Shown here in pieces: positions 40,831 to 53,136 of a DNA stretch of 64,000 nucleotides. A model generated the notes under the pieces. The model made no database searches. It was not told the DNA's origin and saw nothing but the letters and a program-made list of their open reading frames with translations. The DNA lies in NCBI RefSeq assembly GCF_964204645.1, contig NC_134027.1:5302485-5366484 (forward strand), given 5' to 3'. Each line of letters begins with the position of its first letter. The first letter of the stretch is position 1. The translations under genes were made by a program, and so were the position numbers. The DNA comes from Tubulanus polymorphus. Lineage: Eukaryota > Animalia > Nemertea.

Positions 40831-42945
40831 ATGGCGAAGGCTGCTTTGAGTCAGAATGAATTTTTCAGCCTGCTGTCAAGCATTGATCAGGTATCATTGA
40901 ATTAATTAAAAAGAAAACAAAATTGCATGACGACAAATCAAAAAATTGGTCGTGTGCAATATTATTCCTCATCATTTCTCGTGCAATTTTCTTTTTTTTG
41001 GCTTTCCAGTTTCCGTTGGCTTTGACCTTTTTTCCGACCGATTCAATCCAATTTCTTCCTTCCCTTGCCAGGGCCCAGTTTACAGTTAGTCTGAATACCA
41101 GTCGTTGACGTTGTTACAGTTCCCTACAACGAGGAACAATGGCTAGGTACTAGACTAGGGCCCAGTTTAACTCCAATTCACTATGTGTACAATTTCAGCA
41201 AACAAACTGCGCCGCAAAGAAGATGGAAATCGTTTCTAAATCAAAAGGTTACTTCAATGCTGAACAGGTAGGTCAGATGTAGAATAATAAGTCCATGTTT
41301 TTACGCATGAAAAAACATACAGTGAATCCGATTAAGAAGGGTGAGTTTAGACTCCACTGACCACTGAGCTACTGGATGCACAAAAATGGTCACTGCCTTT
41401 TATAGAAACTACAATACCATCTCTAGAGATGTGTAATTTTGAAAAATTCTCTGGAGGACTACCCCAGATCCACCTCGTGACACAGGGGCTCGCATTTGAA
41501 GTTTAGGGGTGAACTGTAGCTTAGATCATCAGATATCCAAGGTACTATATAGGCCTATATAAAAAGAGAAGGGTACCTTGGATATTTGATGATCTAAGCT
41601 ACAGTTCACCCCCAATATTCAAATACGAGCCCCTGTGCCTCACGACTTCAGCACTCGAACTCTATCTCTTTTGAACTGTTGTGGCTTTTTCATTGACTTC
41701 CCAATACAATTTTTTATCTTTCTTAAAATCATCTACAGGCTGCATGGTTACTTCAATCAATTCCCATACCTCAACATAAACTTGGTGCCATAAGAATTTT
41801 AGAACCAGTGAGTATCTTTCTTTCTCTGTTCCAAATACATCTCACTTTGTGTGAGGTAATGTCCGAACTGATTCAATTGTTTTTCTTGATATTTGGCAGC
41901 GACTATGCCACATGACATGTGACGAAGCGCGGCTTATTCTGGCTACATTCACGATTCATAATGATAAACTAGTGGCTCTAAATCACATCAAGCGGTAAGT
42001 ACCAGGTCCTGATGTCGATAATTGACATCCCAATTTCTATTCTTTTTAAGACCTGTGTACGAATAAAGAAATAAGTGTCAAAGGATGATTTATCATTTTT
42101 ACAACAGGGTGCTCTCCGATTGTCAGACACAGCTAGGATTAGAGTACATTATGAGTGCGTTTCCATTTGAACAAGACAAACTGAAAGCTGCTTCAATCCT
42201 AAAAACGGTAGCATACACATATTCGCTGTATTATATCATCTTTACATCCTCTACTCGGTGATTTATAGCTGTTCAATGTTTGAATCAGGTTCGCTCTGAT
42301 GCTGCTGATAGACTATCTGCTGGTGGTCATCAAGGATACGGTGCTTTAGGGGGACTTTATACTCAATCCAGACCTCTTGTGCCTCATCTCTATGGTCCAT
42401 TGGAATTACAGTTTAGGCAGTCTCCCGTAAGTTTTATCTTATAAACTCTTAAAACTACAGTGGAACCTTGGTACAATGAATCTGTTCGTTAACAATAGTT
42501 TGTTACATCCAGTTTGAAATTATTGAATTGTCTTATTTGGAAATTATTGAATTGTCTTAATTGTCTTATTTAGGTTTGTAATAACCTATATACCGTTATA
42601 AATCCAGGTTCCACCGTGGCTTGAACTTTGTATTTCACAATAATAATGTTTAAATCTATTATAAGATTTATATTTATTACTGCAATTTAGGGCCATGGAG
42701 CCATTGAAATCCCTCCACAAGCTCAAGCTGGTGTTGTTCCATCGATATACACCGGACATCCATCCTACGCATATCCGAAAGATAAATCATACATCGAAAC
42801 TAGAGGATATCCAGGAGCACCATCCTTCCTTGATGAAGACGATTATGTACGATTTTTACCATATTCAGGAGGAGCTCCACCTTTGGGATATCACTCTGGT
42901 CAACCAAACCCGGTCGGGTTTCCGAACTTAGAGGCAACTTACTGA
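40831..42945 (+). CDS. DUF4476 (PROSER1 N-terminal-like) domain protein, 7 exons, 261 aa
   Basis: Exons 40831-40890, 41199-41267, 41739-41807, 41900-41994, 42108-42207, 42289-42426 and 42691-42945 are all phase-consistent. SKGYFNAEQAAWLL...KLGAIRIL...ILATFTIHNDKLVAL resembles the recalled PROSER1 N-terminus (GYFSSEQ...FTFSKDKLVAL). Confidence 0.8.
41481..41637. repeat. Fold-back / MITE-like inverted repeat (about 65-bp arms) in intron 2 of the DUF4476 gene
   Basis: 41481-41545 is the near-perfect reverse complement of 41573-41637. Confidence 0.85.
42458..42616. mobile_element. Tc1/mariner-type MITE remnant in intron 6 of the DUF4476 gene
   Basis: TA-CAGTGGAACCT ... AGGTTCCACCG terminal inverted repeats. 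Confidence 0.55.
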
Positions 42946-43593
42946 GAATTCGAAAAGGATGATCTTAATTAAAATATGATGTTTTTTTTTTCATTAAAAT
43001 GATCTCTCCAGGTGTTCAGATCATGAACACCAATTGTGTATAAATTGAACTGAGCTGATTCAAAAACATTCATATTTACAAATTTTCCAAAACTTCCAAA
43101 TTTTACCAGTAGGAACTTTCAGCTATATTGTAAATTGTTCAGTGTTATGTTTGTATATGTTATGATGTAGTGCTAATAAGTTTTAACCCAAGACATGTTA
43201 TTGTTATATAATAATGAGATTTGAAGAAAAACAAAGTAAAGCTGTGATAATGTATATTATTTTAAGCCATCTTACTACTTGAAGATATACTTCTTATTAT
43301 GTAGTTAAGTATATTATTTACACCAATGATTGTATAGGAAATACATAATCGTTGTAATCTATGTTAAACATAGCAATAATGTTTGATGATATGTGGAATA
43401 AATGACGAAAGGAAAAATCCTTTTGTTTAAATTATTTTCTACTCGTTTTTTTAATTTATTTTGCAACGTACAACAAATAATGAGGACTGGTTTTAGATTG
43501 ATTTCTCGATTCTGCAGAATTCCATGAAAGAAGCAATACATTACGCGGAATTAGATATAACCAATGCAGCCTAACAATTTTACTTAAAGCTCT

Positions 43594-43702
43594 GGGGTCG
43601 GTTTTATAGACTGGTATTAACTTTAACCCGGGGTTAACTCAATTCATTTTCAATTAAGTTAACCAACGGTTAGAGTTGACACCAGTTTATAAAACCGACC
43701 CC
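43594..43702. mobile_element. Palindromic MITE-like element
   Basis: Perfect 15-bp TIR GGGGTCGGTTTTATA / TATAAAACCGACCCC, with symmetry continuing inward. Confidence 0.75.
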
Positions 43703-46006
43703 TGGATTATAACAGTTCGCAGAAAAGACCAAGATATCAAATATAGCTTTAAATTTTTTTTATCAGGTTTCTTTAATTCAACATATAAAATGCATTACAG
43801 AATAAATGCAGAAAAAGATTTTTGGAAACAGGATCCAGGAGTAAAAATCTTCCTGATTTTCACAAAAAAACGCCACATCAAAATGTTCGCAAAGAGATCG
43901 ATAACAAACAACCAATCAAAACCATTACATCATCAAATATAATAATGAACATTTTCATTCTTAATCAACAACTAGACAACTCTGCGTTTACAATCAAACA
44001 CTCTCCACAAACTCTTCTATTTCGCAATCGCTGTTTGCATCGATGCTGTTACAATTTGATGTATACATAAAATATACATAATTACACCTTTAGTTGTATA
44101 AAGTGTAAGAAATCTTGCATATTCTCTTAAACAACCTATCGTAATAAAATGTTCTTTGTTCATTTGAAAAATTCCCAAGTATTTTTTTTTACTCTGTGAT
44201 GTTCCATGACTGAAGCTTACCACAACATATAATGGATACATACCTGGTATTTATGCTTATATTGTATAATTCTATGTGTTACACTTGGGAGTATTATCAT
44301 TCATAAATACATTATGCCTAAATACAGATACTTTATAGATATTTTGGCAGTTCCAAGTGATACAATATGCAGGTATCCGTAGTTAGCTGTATCTATTCAA
44401 ATGTGTACAACCAAATAGCACAAATCATTTCATTCCTAAACCACCACATCTGAAAAGCGTACATCTTTCACAAAAAACCTATGAAACTCTTTTTTTCAAA
44501 ATGGGACAAAAATCCTGACAATAAAATGATTTTCTTATAAAAAATGACAAACAGCTTGCAGTGAAATAACCAGTGCAACACCATACCGTTACTTCAATAG
44601 CAGTCCTCGTATTTCAGTCTAGAAAGAGTTCATAATGTCTAAATGATACATCAATTTTGGCATCTCATGTTCAGGGATATATCAATGCTAGGCTGCAATT
44701 AACTTTTTTAATATGACAGTTTAGGTTTGCATATGTCGTTAGTGACTGGTATGGAAGCCTAATATTTACAATTTTCAAGCACTTACTTTTAATCCTATCG
44801 AAAACGGTTTACAATTTTACATACATTACTTTAGACTAATTACCATTTCAAAATACATTTCCATCATGCGTCAATTTTGATTCAAACATTACAAAATTTA
44901 GATATGAATTCACTTGTTCAGAGTTCAATTCCAGTATAATTTTTTTCTAATCCCAGCACTTAGCTAATTGGAATTTTTTTTTCGAATCATCATAATCATA
45001 ATTATTTCAAGGTTGCCTTTTGAGCCACTGAAAGGCCTGTTGTTTAAGCCAACATAGCAAACAGTCCATTGTGCTACAAGCCTAAAATCCTAAATTTTCA
45101 ATTTGGAAGGATATAATACATGAAATTGATGATGCCTGCTGCTAATCAACAGTACATTCAAGCATAAAACATGTCATGATTGGCCCGTCTTTATATGACT
45201 GGAGTCCCGACTTACCATTTCTCTTACATACACGATTTACAGTGAGTACTCACCAAGAACTAAATTTTTCATGAAAATTGATTGAAAAAATTGAAATTCA
45301 ACTTTAAGCCTTAATATACTTTAATCAACTTTATCCTTAACATACTTAAATGTTTTTTTGAAAACTAGGGAAAAGTCATAAAGAATTGTTTGATTACTCA
45401 TTGGGTTTCAAAAAATACGAATGGTTTGGAGCATCACTTGGTTCTCTACATTGTTCGTCTTCTTAAATGATTCTTTTCAAGTGACAGAAAATTCTACCAA
45501 CATTGTATGGAAACGCAAATCATGCCAAAAAATCATTTCCAATTCTTAAGTATACTCACACATTTAAGTACTGGTATTTTGAATTTTGTAAATTTAGTTC
45601 TTCAATACATAAAACAGGCGTAGAAAAATATATACCAATATCCAATTTAGAGTCTAATAAATTTTGGATTTAAAAGCTAATATTATTAAATCGGTCTTAT
45701 ATTAAGTATTATTTTTTTAAAAGTCAACTAACATGTGTAACAAAAAAAAAACAAAAAAACACAAACAACAGTCGTAGTACATAGAAAAGTAGGCTATTAA
45801 TTGTCAGTAAACAAAAAACTTTGTATGACTTCCGTTAATTTCAGATATGATGATAAATACTGCTCAATAAATATATGCATACTATAAAATTTCTTTGACC
45901 ACCATTGGTTTTTTAATAGTTAAGATCTGAAATCGTTATTATTTCGTAATGTGATAGAACCCGAATATGTACCTTATACGTGTCGTGTATTCCCTCAAAT
46001 CTAGAT

Positions 46007-46702
46007 TTATCTAGGCATGAATTGAGCGTGTATTGGATAACCAGCTACAGGAGCTCCATACGGATTCTGGGCGGGCGGAACATTAGGGTATGGACTTCTC
46101 ATCGGATAACTTGACGGTCTAGCATACATATACCCTGGATTACCGGGTACCATTTGACTCGGAGGTATACTACCGGGGTAATGTGAAGGCGCACTAGCTC
46201 CTGGATACATCATACCACCATTATTCAGACCAGCAGCCGCAGCGGGTTGGCCGCCGCCCGGAGCACTGCCTGCTAAATACGATGCATAATTCGGACCAGT
46301 GTTCTGTAGAGAACGTTGTTGGTAGCTTGCAGCAGGTGTGACTGGATAAGGAACATTAACTCCACCTCTATAAGCTGATATACCATTCACTTGTTGTTGC
46401 GGTAGGTAGCCAGGATACGACGTAACCGGCAGAACACCAGCATTGACAGTTGGTCGCGATTGATACAAACCTGCTTGATGAGCAGGGTATGCCTGACTAG
46501 GATTTACAGCATATCCCATACTAACAGGTGTAGTTGGTCGTGGTGCTGATGGACCTGTCGGGGGATAAATACCAGGACTCTGAGCGGGCAGACCGGATGA
46601 CATCATAGCAGGTCCAGGATAACCCATTGCTTGATATGCCGGATTTGGCGCGATTTTATCTGTCGCATTCAGAGGAAGGCTTCCGGGTGCATAGTAATTC
46701 AT
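46007..46702 (-). CDS. Pro/Tyr/Gly/Ala-rich low-complexity protein, FAM168-like (tentative), single coding exon, 231 aa
   Basis: Acceptor at 46713 just upstream of the ATG at 46702. MNYYAPGSLP and YPMRSPYP...NPYG resemble recalled FAM168 motifs (MNPVYSPGS, YPVRSAYP). A long AT-rich 3' UTR follows. Confidence 0.6.
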   Translation of the reverse strand: MNYYAPGSLPLNATDKIAPNPAYQAMGYPGPAMMSSGLPAQSPGIYPPTGPSAPRPTTPVSMGYAVNPSQAYPAHQAGLYQSRPTVNAGVLPVTSYPGYLPQQQVNGISAYRGGVNVPYPVTPAASYQQRSLQNTGPNYASYLAGSAPGGGQPAAAAGLNNGGMMYPGASAPSHYPGSIPPSQMVPGNPGYMYARPSSYPMRSPYPNVPPAQNPYGAPVAGYPIHAQFMPR

Positions 46703-47531
46703 GATGTTGAGCCTAGAAATACAATAGATAACGGAAAACATGATCGAGAAATACGCTTGCATCTGATGCAGTGAATGTGAAATAATTAATAGAGAAAAAA
46801 GTAACGCTTAAAGTTAAAGTCAGTCTGCACCATCTTTTAGTCTGGCAGGCATTAATGTCTATATTCAAAATAAAAATCAAATAAACCCTCACCTGAATGG
46901 AGTGTATTAATTAGTTTTACACGTGGTCATGTGTGGTCAGATTTTCGGTATGTCAAAAAACAACTACAAAAGGAGAATAGTGCAAATAAAAAAATGCGTT
47001 TGGTGGCGCCACCTGTACCGGTATATTTTACACTTTAAACTCTTCTTAAACAGCTTTCACTGAATACTTCAACCAAGATCATGTCAACCATTCAGTCCCT
47101 CTAAATCTGTTCCAACCTAAATTCGGCTTAACATGATTTGAGACGTAAAAAACGACGGTGTAATTACCTAAAACGTGAGAAATATACTTGACAGATGATA
47201 TCAATCCAATGTGTGTAGATGGAGCCACTGGGTTGTATCTCTGCCTTTGATTGGTCGAAAACCGATACAATTCAATTTAATTTTATTGATAGTCTTTCAT
47301 TACACACATAAAAATTCTTCATTCGTTGTACATTTTTCCAAAGGATTAAGGTTTCTTTGTATCCATAACTAATAAATAAAGTGACTCTAAAAGAGATATA
47401 GTAAACGGCGCAGTGTAATATTTTTTGGTTTTGTCTAAAACCCGCGATCGGCAACGGAAATGGACTGCGGTGAAATGAGCACTGTACCGTTTGGTACTGA
47501 CATCTGTCGGTGGTCACTAAGATAAACAATA

Positions 47532-50500
47532 ATGGCGGACAGCGGAATGGACAGTTCTCTCAATTTGAGAGATGGATATTCCACTACAAGTAACGTAGCT
47601 CAAGAAGGTTACGATGACGCGCAGTACGTTATGTACGAGACAAACGTTTTAAACTTAGACAATGATAATGACAATGTTCCATTGACATCAGAAAGTCATT
47701 TGCAAGATGATCCAGCCAGTGAAATCTCCCTGCCTGGTCGACTGGCAAATGCGAGTAGTGCTGCAAGCAGTGCAAGTGTAAATTCCAATGTTTTGCTTGA
47801 TGAAAATGACACAGGCAAACCGACAAAAGAGGTGTGCTTTTCATTTATGAAAACCTGATATTAATTACTTAGCTGGCTTTCGAGTTTCGTATTATGACAC
47901 CACACATCAGCCTGCTGCTGAATATTGTTAATTGTTTTCCTGTTTGATGAATTCTAGCTGTCACCTGCCGGAATATTGGATGAGGAAACAATTGCACAGG
48001 GTCTCTCAAATCTAGGCAGATCAGCTGATGGCACTCAACAAGTCTTCCTACATTTGACTATACCTGTAAGCTCTTTTCAAGAAAAATAGATTGTTCATTT
48101 CTTTTGCTGAATATCATAAATCTTGATGAATTCCTTTCATTTTTTTCAGGGGTTTAACTTGAAAGATTTGAGCATTTTAGAAGAATACATCCATCTTCAA
48201 AGAATTGAAATTCCTTATAATGAAATATCAGGTAAAATGGCTGAAACAATAAGTTTATCTCTAACACAAGTCATTTTGTTATCTGTGTTAATTGTAAAAT
48301 TTCAGATCTTACATCACTGGGCAATATTCCATTCCTTTTGGAATTGGACGCTTCAAATAACAAAATAACAAAGCTGCTCGACTTCAAGGCGCCACGAAAT
48401 CTAAAAGAAGTCGATTTATCATTCAACTTGATTGAAGAAATGGCTGATCTGTCAGCACATCACTATCTCATGAAATTAAATGTTGATAGTATCCTTTTAA
48501 ATGGAGAATATTTCAATCGAAATAAGTAGAACAAATTTATCGAAACACCACAGGATGTTTTCTATGTATATATCAATTATTGAATAGATGTTCTTTAACT
48601 CGTCAAAGATAACAATATCCAGAAAATTCAGGGATTACAAAATTGCATGAGATTAAAGCATCTAAGTTTGGCACACAACCAGATAGAAAAAATAGAAGGA
48701 CTTGATAAATTGCCAGTTACCTATCTTAACCTTGTAAGTTGTGTTACTATATATCCAGAAATCATCTTTTAAATTTATAATTCTGTTTTTTTTTTTCTAA
48801 AGGTTAAATACCTATTGTGTTTTCATTTCCAGAGGTACAACAAAATTAGGAAAATTGAGCAAATGACTTCTCTGAGATACATACAGGTATAAGATTGAAA
48901 GAGTGCGTTGTCAAGAATATTCTGTTTTTCATCAAATCTTACATTCTTGCGCTTTGATTTCTATGCAGACCTTGAATCTATCCGGTAATAAAATCCGAAG
49001 TTTGAAAGGGTTAGAAGACCATCCTTTCCTGGAAAATATTGATCTTGAGTTTAATGAGGTAATGCATATTTAAGGTATTAAGCAGAGAATTCATGTTACA
49101 GCGTATAAAACCTTAGATGAATCTTTATTTATTTAGGTGATTGATATTGCCGAGATACAATATGTGCAAGATTTACCCATGTTACGAAACTTGAATTTAC
49201 TACGAAACCCAATTCAAGAACTTCCAGATTATCGCCTGGCGATACTATTCAGGGTACAAAAACTCACCGAACTGGACAGACATCGTGTTGATGTTGAAGA
49301 AAAAGTATGTAAAATTGCACGTTCTAAAAAGTTAGATATTTTTAGAAATTTTATTCTTTGACACTTGCTACTGCAGGTTGCAGCTGTCAACATGTTTAGT
49401 CCCCCTATGGAAGTTGTTGCTGCTAGAGATCACATTATGCATGTCGTTTATTCTTTTCTCCAACCGAGCAAAGTTCTGGAATGGTGAGTGTCCATAAAAG
49501 TTGATTCCGAATATTCATTACTTTCTGGAGGTTAAGCAGTCGATTTTTTTTTCTAGCACATTGCCAAGTATTTACACCCCCTATCCAGTTTTAGTCCTAG
49601 TTGGACCCGAAGGTTCTGGAGCTAAAGAACTCAGTTTGAAATTGGTTGAAGAATTTCCCGAGTATTTTGGTTATAGGTAATTGAGAAGATCGCTTATCTA
49701 TAGGATCTGGAAATTCTGAGAATAAGAGTTTTACTTAGATATTTTGGTATTTCTATTTCAATATTTCTAGTGTTACTCACACAACTAGGCGACCATATCC
49801 TGGTGAAACAACTGATAAAGAATATCACTTCCTATCATTGGATGATTTTGAAGAAATCATCAAATATGTAAGTTGCGCTACTGTAAGTAGTGTTTCTTTT
49901 TATTTCGTAAATTACCACAATTGTTTGAAATCTTTTGATAGGGTCGATTTCTGTATACATATCCATATCTCGGGGAATGGTATGGCTTGACAATTGACTC
50001 AATGGAAAATGTGGCTAAAGAAGGTCTAGCCTCAGTCGTACACATGGAACTTGAGGTAAATAAGACCAGTGCATCTCTTCAGTATTTATCTATTGTAAAT
50101 CTCTTGTAAAACTCTTTCCAATTATTGTTATGATAGGGTGTATTGACCTTGAAGAATTCTCACTTTGAACCTCGATATGTACTTATAATGCCACTGGACA
50201 AACAAGTGCACGAGCGAAGGCTCAGAGAAATGGAGATATTTAGTGAAACAGAAATTGATCACACGTTGAAACGATCAGAATTGTATGTGAAATACAACCA
50301 AGAAAATCCAGGATTCTTCGATATGTTTGTTAAAAGCGGTAAAAAGCATGTTCTTTAGATCTTTTCATGGTGCTAGCTAACAATCATTTCGTAATATTGT
50401 CAATAACGAATATTTTGTTTAACGCAGATGACATCGCTGAGGCATACACAACATTACGACGATTGGTGTTGAATTATCTCGGAATAGGAACAACGTCCCC

Positions 50501-51618
50501 CGAAGAGGAGAAACCCGCACAATCTGAGCAAACTGAACAAGCCACTGTTGATTCTACTGCTGTTATTCCACCATTGTCAGCCTATACACTGCCAAAATCG
50601 TGGCCTAGATTACCAGACAGCGCCCCAGCTGGACTCTCCAGTCTGGTGACTTTGCCACCAGGAACTGGTAGAGGTATAGTGGTGCGTATATTCTGTGTGC
50701 TCCATATAAAGTTGAAATGTATGAGAAATTCGTTTTTTCATAGATAATCTGAGAATGAAATCTTTGATCTAAATCGATTTTAAGGAGGAAGAATCGCTTA
50801 AAAGACGACAAAGTGCCGCGAAAGATGCAGTGACTGGTCGAAAACCAAGTCTTTATGAGGAGCTATTGAATAAGTGAGTATTCATAGTAGAATAGTCACA
50901 CTGATGTGCTCATAGATAATAAGGTTAAAACCCACTTTAACCTTATCATGGGCCATACAATTAATTAGGGGCAGCTGCGCCGAGAAATTTTGGAAAAGTG
51001 CCCTTTTTGCAAATGTTATTGTAACAAGTATCCAATAGAACTGCCCCTCCCAAAATTCAAATGCTAGGTATGGCCCTGCCATTAACCTAACCTGATTCTC
51101 CGTCAGGTCTTTCGATTTTAATTGATAAATTATATTTGCTTTTAATCGTTGTATATATAGTAGGTTTTAAACTTATTAGACCTAAGTGAGTATTCATTCA
51201 TAATCATTAGTACATTTTAAACTGATGATGTAAATGAATTATTTTAAGAACTCCACAAACAGCAGGCGAAGAAGGACGACCGAAATCATTACCAGTTGAT
51301 CCGAATCAAGACATTGATGCATTACCTGCAGTTTCACCCGACTCTAGTGTAGATAAATCAGGAAGTAGCAGTAGTTTATCGAATTTATCATCGGCTCCAC
51401 GAACACTCAGCCCTTCATCCCAGAACGGTGAACATCCAATTGATCCATTCAAAATGCCATCAGAATCTGGAGATAAAGCATCGACCCAAGGCAGCCCCTC
51501 GAGACCGATGGCCGCCGGCAAAGTACACCATCATGAATCATCGAGACCATCATCGCGACCTGGTTCCGATAGACACAAAGTTTTACCACCGATTCTGTCT
51601 ACATCCGGAGGACAATAG
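47532..51618 (+). CDS. LRGUK: Leucine-rich repeat and guanylate kinase domain-containing protein
   Basis: SDS22-like LRRs (LELDASNNKI, VDLSFNLI, LSLAHNQIEKIEGL), LRR cap NPIQELPDYRL, GK domain (VLVLVGPEGSG, VTHTTRRPYPGE...YHF, WYGLT) and a Ser/Pro-rich tail to TAG at 51616-51618. Confidence 0.93.
48489..48608 (+). other. U12-type (minor spliceosome) GT-AG intron in LRGUK
   Basis: 5' splice site GTATCCTTT. Branch site TTCTTTAAC at 48591-48599, about 10 nt before the AG, with no polypyrimidine tract. Splicing restores the LRR frame. Confidence 0.85.
50951..51078. mobile_element. MITE-like insertion in the last LRGUK intron
   Basis: TIR GGGCCATAC / GTATGGCCC plus inner AGGGGCAG / CTGCCCCT. Confidence 0.55.
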
Positions 51619-52076
51619 ATTTCATGTTTAAATGAATCAAAGCTGTATGTGATTTTTGAACTTTCAGTCCAGCCAAGGCGATTAGATCAATATCTAATTA
51701 TTTGTTTAATAAATTTGATTATTTATGTCAATAATATAGGCCTATGTATAATAAATGGAATGTATTAATTATCGAAGTAAAATTTGTCTGTGTTCTACTT
51801 TCCTGGTGGTAAAATCTCATCTGTTTTGCAATTTGAGTCATGAATTCCAGTTTTCATGTACATAGGAGAAAGGATAGTTGGTTAACCCTAGCATATAATA
51901 TTCCTCGCACCATTCTACCATGAGTAGTCGGTCTAGTATCTAGCCATTGTAGGGGAACCTATACATCCTCTGGTATTCGGACTAAATTGAGAGAATCATG
52001 AAAAATTCATCAAATTTTTCTATTTTCATAAATTTATTCTATTTACATAAATTCACTCAAACGCACACAAATCAAA

Positions 52077-52477
52077 CTATTCTTTTTTCAACAAGGCCCG
52101 TTTTCCTTCGCCCCTTTTCACTTTACCCTTTCCTCTTAATACTCTTAATCGTTCCATCTCATCGACAAAATCAAGATGTTCATCCCTACAAAATAATATA
52201 AATGTTTTACAGTAAGATTACCTGACTACATAAACAGAATTAAGGGCATCAATTAGCAAAAAACCTACCTATATAAACCATATGCACGTAATTGTTTCAT
52301 TATTTTGTCTAATTTCGGATGATCTGGATACCATTTCGTAATCTCTTTATTATGATGATTTGGAAGTTGGCTGAATATTTTGACAACTTTCATCGATTTA
52401 TCATTCGTTGTACGGCTTACTTCATTGAAAATGCGCGCAGAAAGATGCGCCATTCTTTTTCCATAGTTAGATGCCAT
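52077..52477 (-). CDS. MRPS33: Mitochondrial ribosomal protein S33 (mS33), 2 coding exons
   Basis: [16 protein letters not shown]...SMKVVKIFS...WYPDHP...LRAYGLYR|[30 protein letters not shown]. Confidence 0.93.
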
Positions 52478-53136
52478 TATTCATTAACAACCCTGCAAAA
52501 TAAATCATACGTTACATAAAAACAGTGTTAGGTAAGAAAACAATCGGAATAAATTTAAATGAAGTTTGAGAGATATAGTTCAAAATTAGGTGAAATAAAG
52601 TACTATTAAATTGAGAATTGAATTGAGGTTGGACTGCTGGCTAAAAAAAATCCACTGGGCGAGCAGCCGTCTAGTTTTTGGTACTTACCACTAATTCTAA
52701 TTCGAACCAGTAACATAGAAAGAGGGTCAGAATCTTAAACTGTACAAAGTTTGGTTTGTTTTAGCACAACTCGACAATAATAAAATCAATCACACAAATC
52801 CAATCAACCACAAGAATCGCCACCATAAACAATTCAATTCAATATATCTCAAGGTCGTCGCGCCTTTCGTAAATTTGAACTTCTACGAGACCCACAAACT
52901 TCACTTTTCCTTTATTTCTGATGACGACGCTCGATTTATTAGCGTAACGTAAAATAAGTTTCGGTAGGTCACAGTACTTCTTATCAGATCATTAAATCAA
53001 TCTAATTAATAAAATAGCCAGCAGTGACTGACTCTAAATAAGTTTGTTTTTTTGTGAAACAAAATGGCTGCTTTTTCAACTGCATGTAAAATTGAAATCT
53101 GTTTAGTTTTTGTAACTTTCAGGAACAGCCGCAGTA

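Noticed and set aside
42695-42931. 78-aa ORF in the track
   Set aside because: It is an off-frame reading of the last DUF4476-gene exon, whose true frame starts at 42691.
51161-51185. Possible extra LRGUK mini-exon before a duplicated TAAGTGAGTATTCAT donor
   Set aside because: The candidate lengths (22 or 25 nt) shift the frame or contain a stop. A local duplication is more likely.
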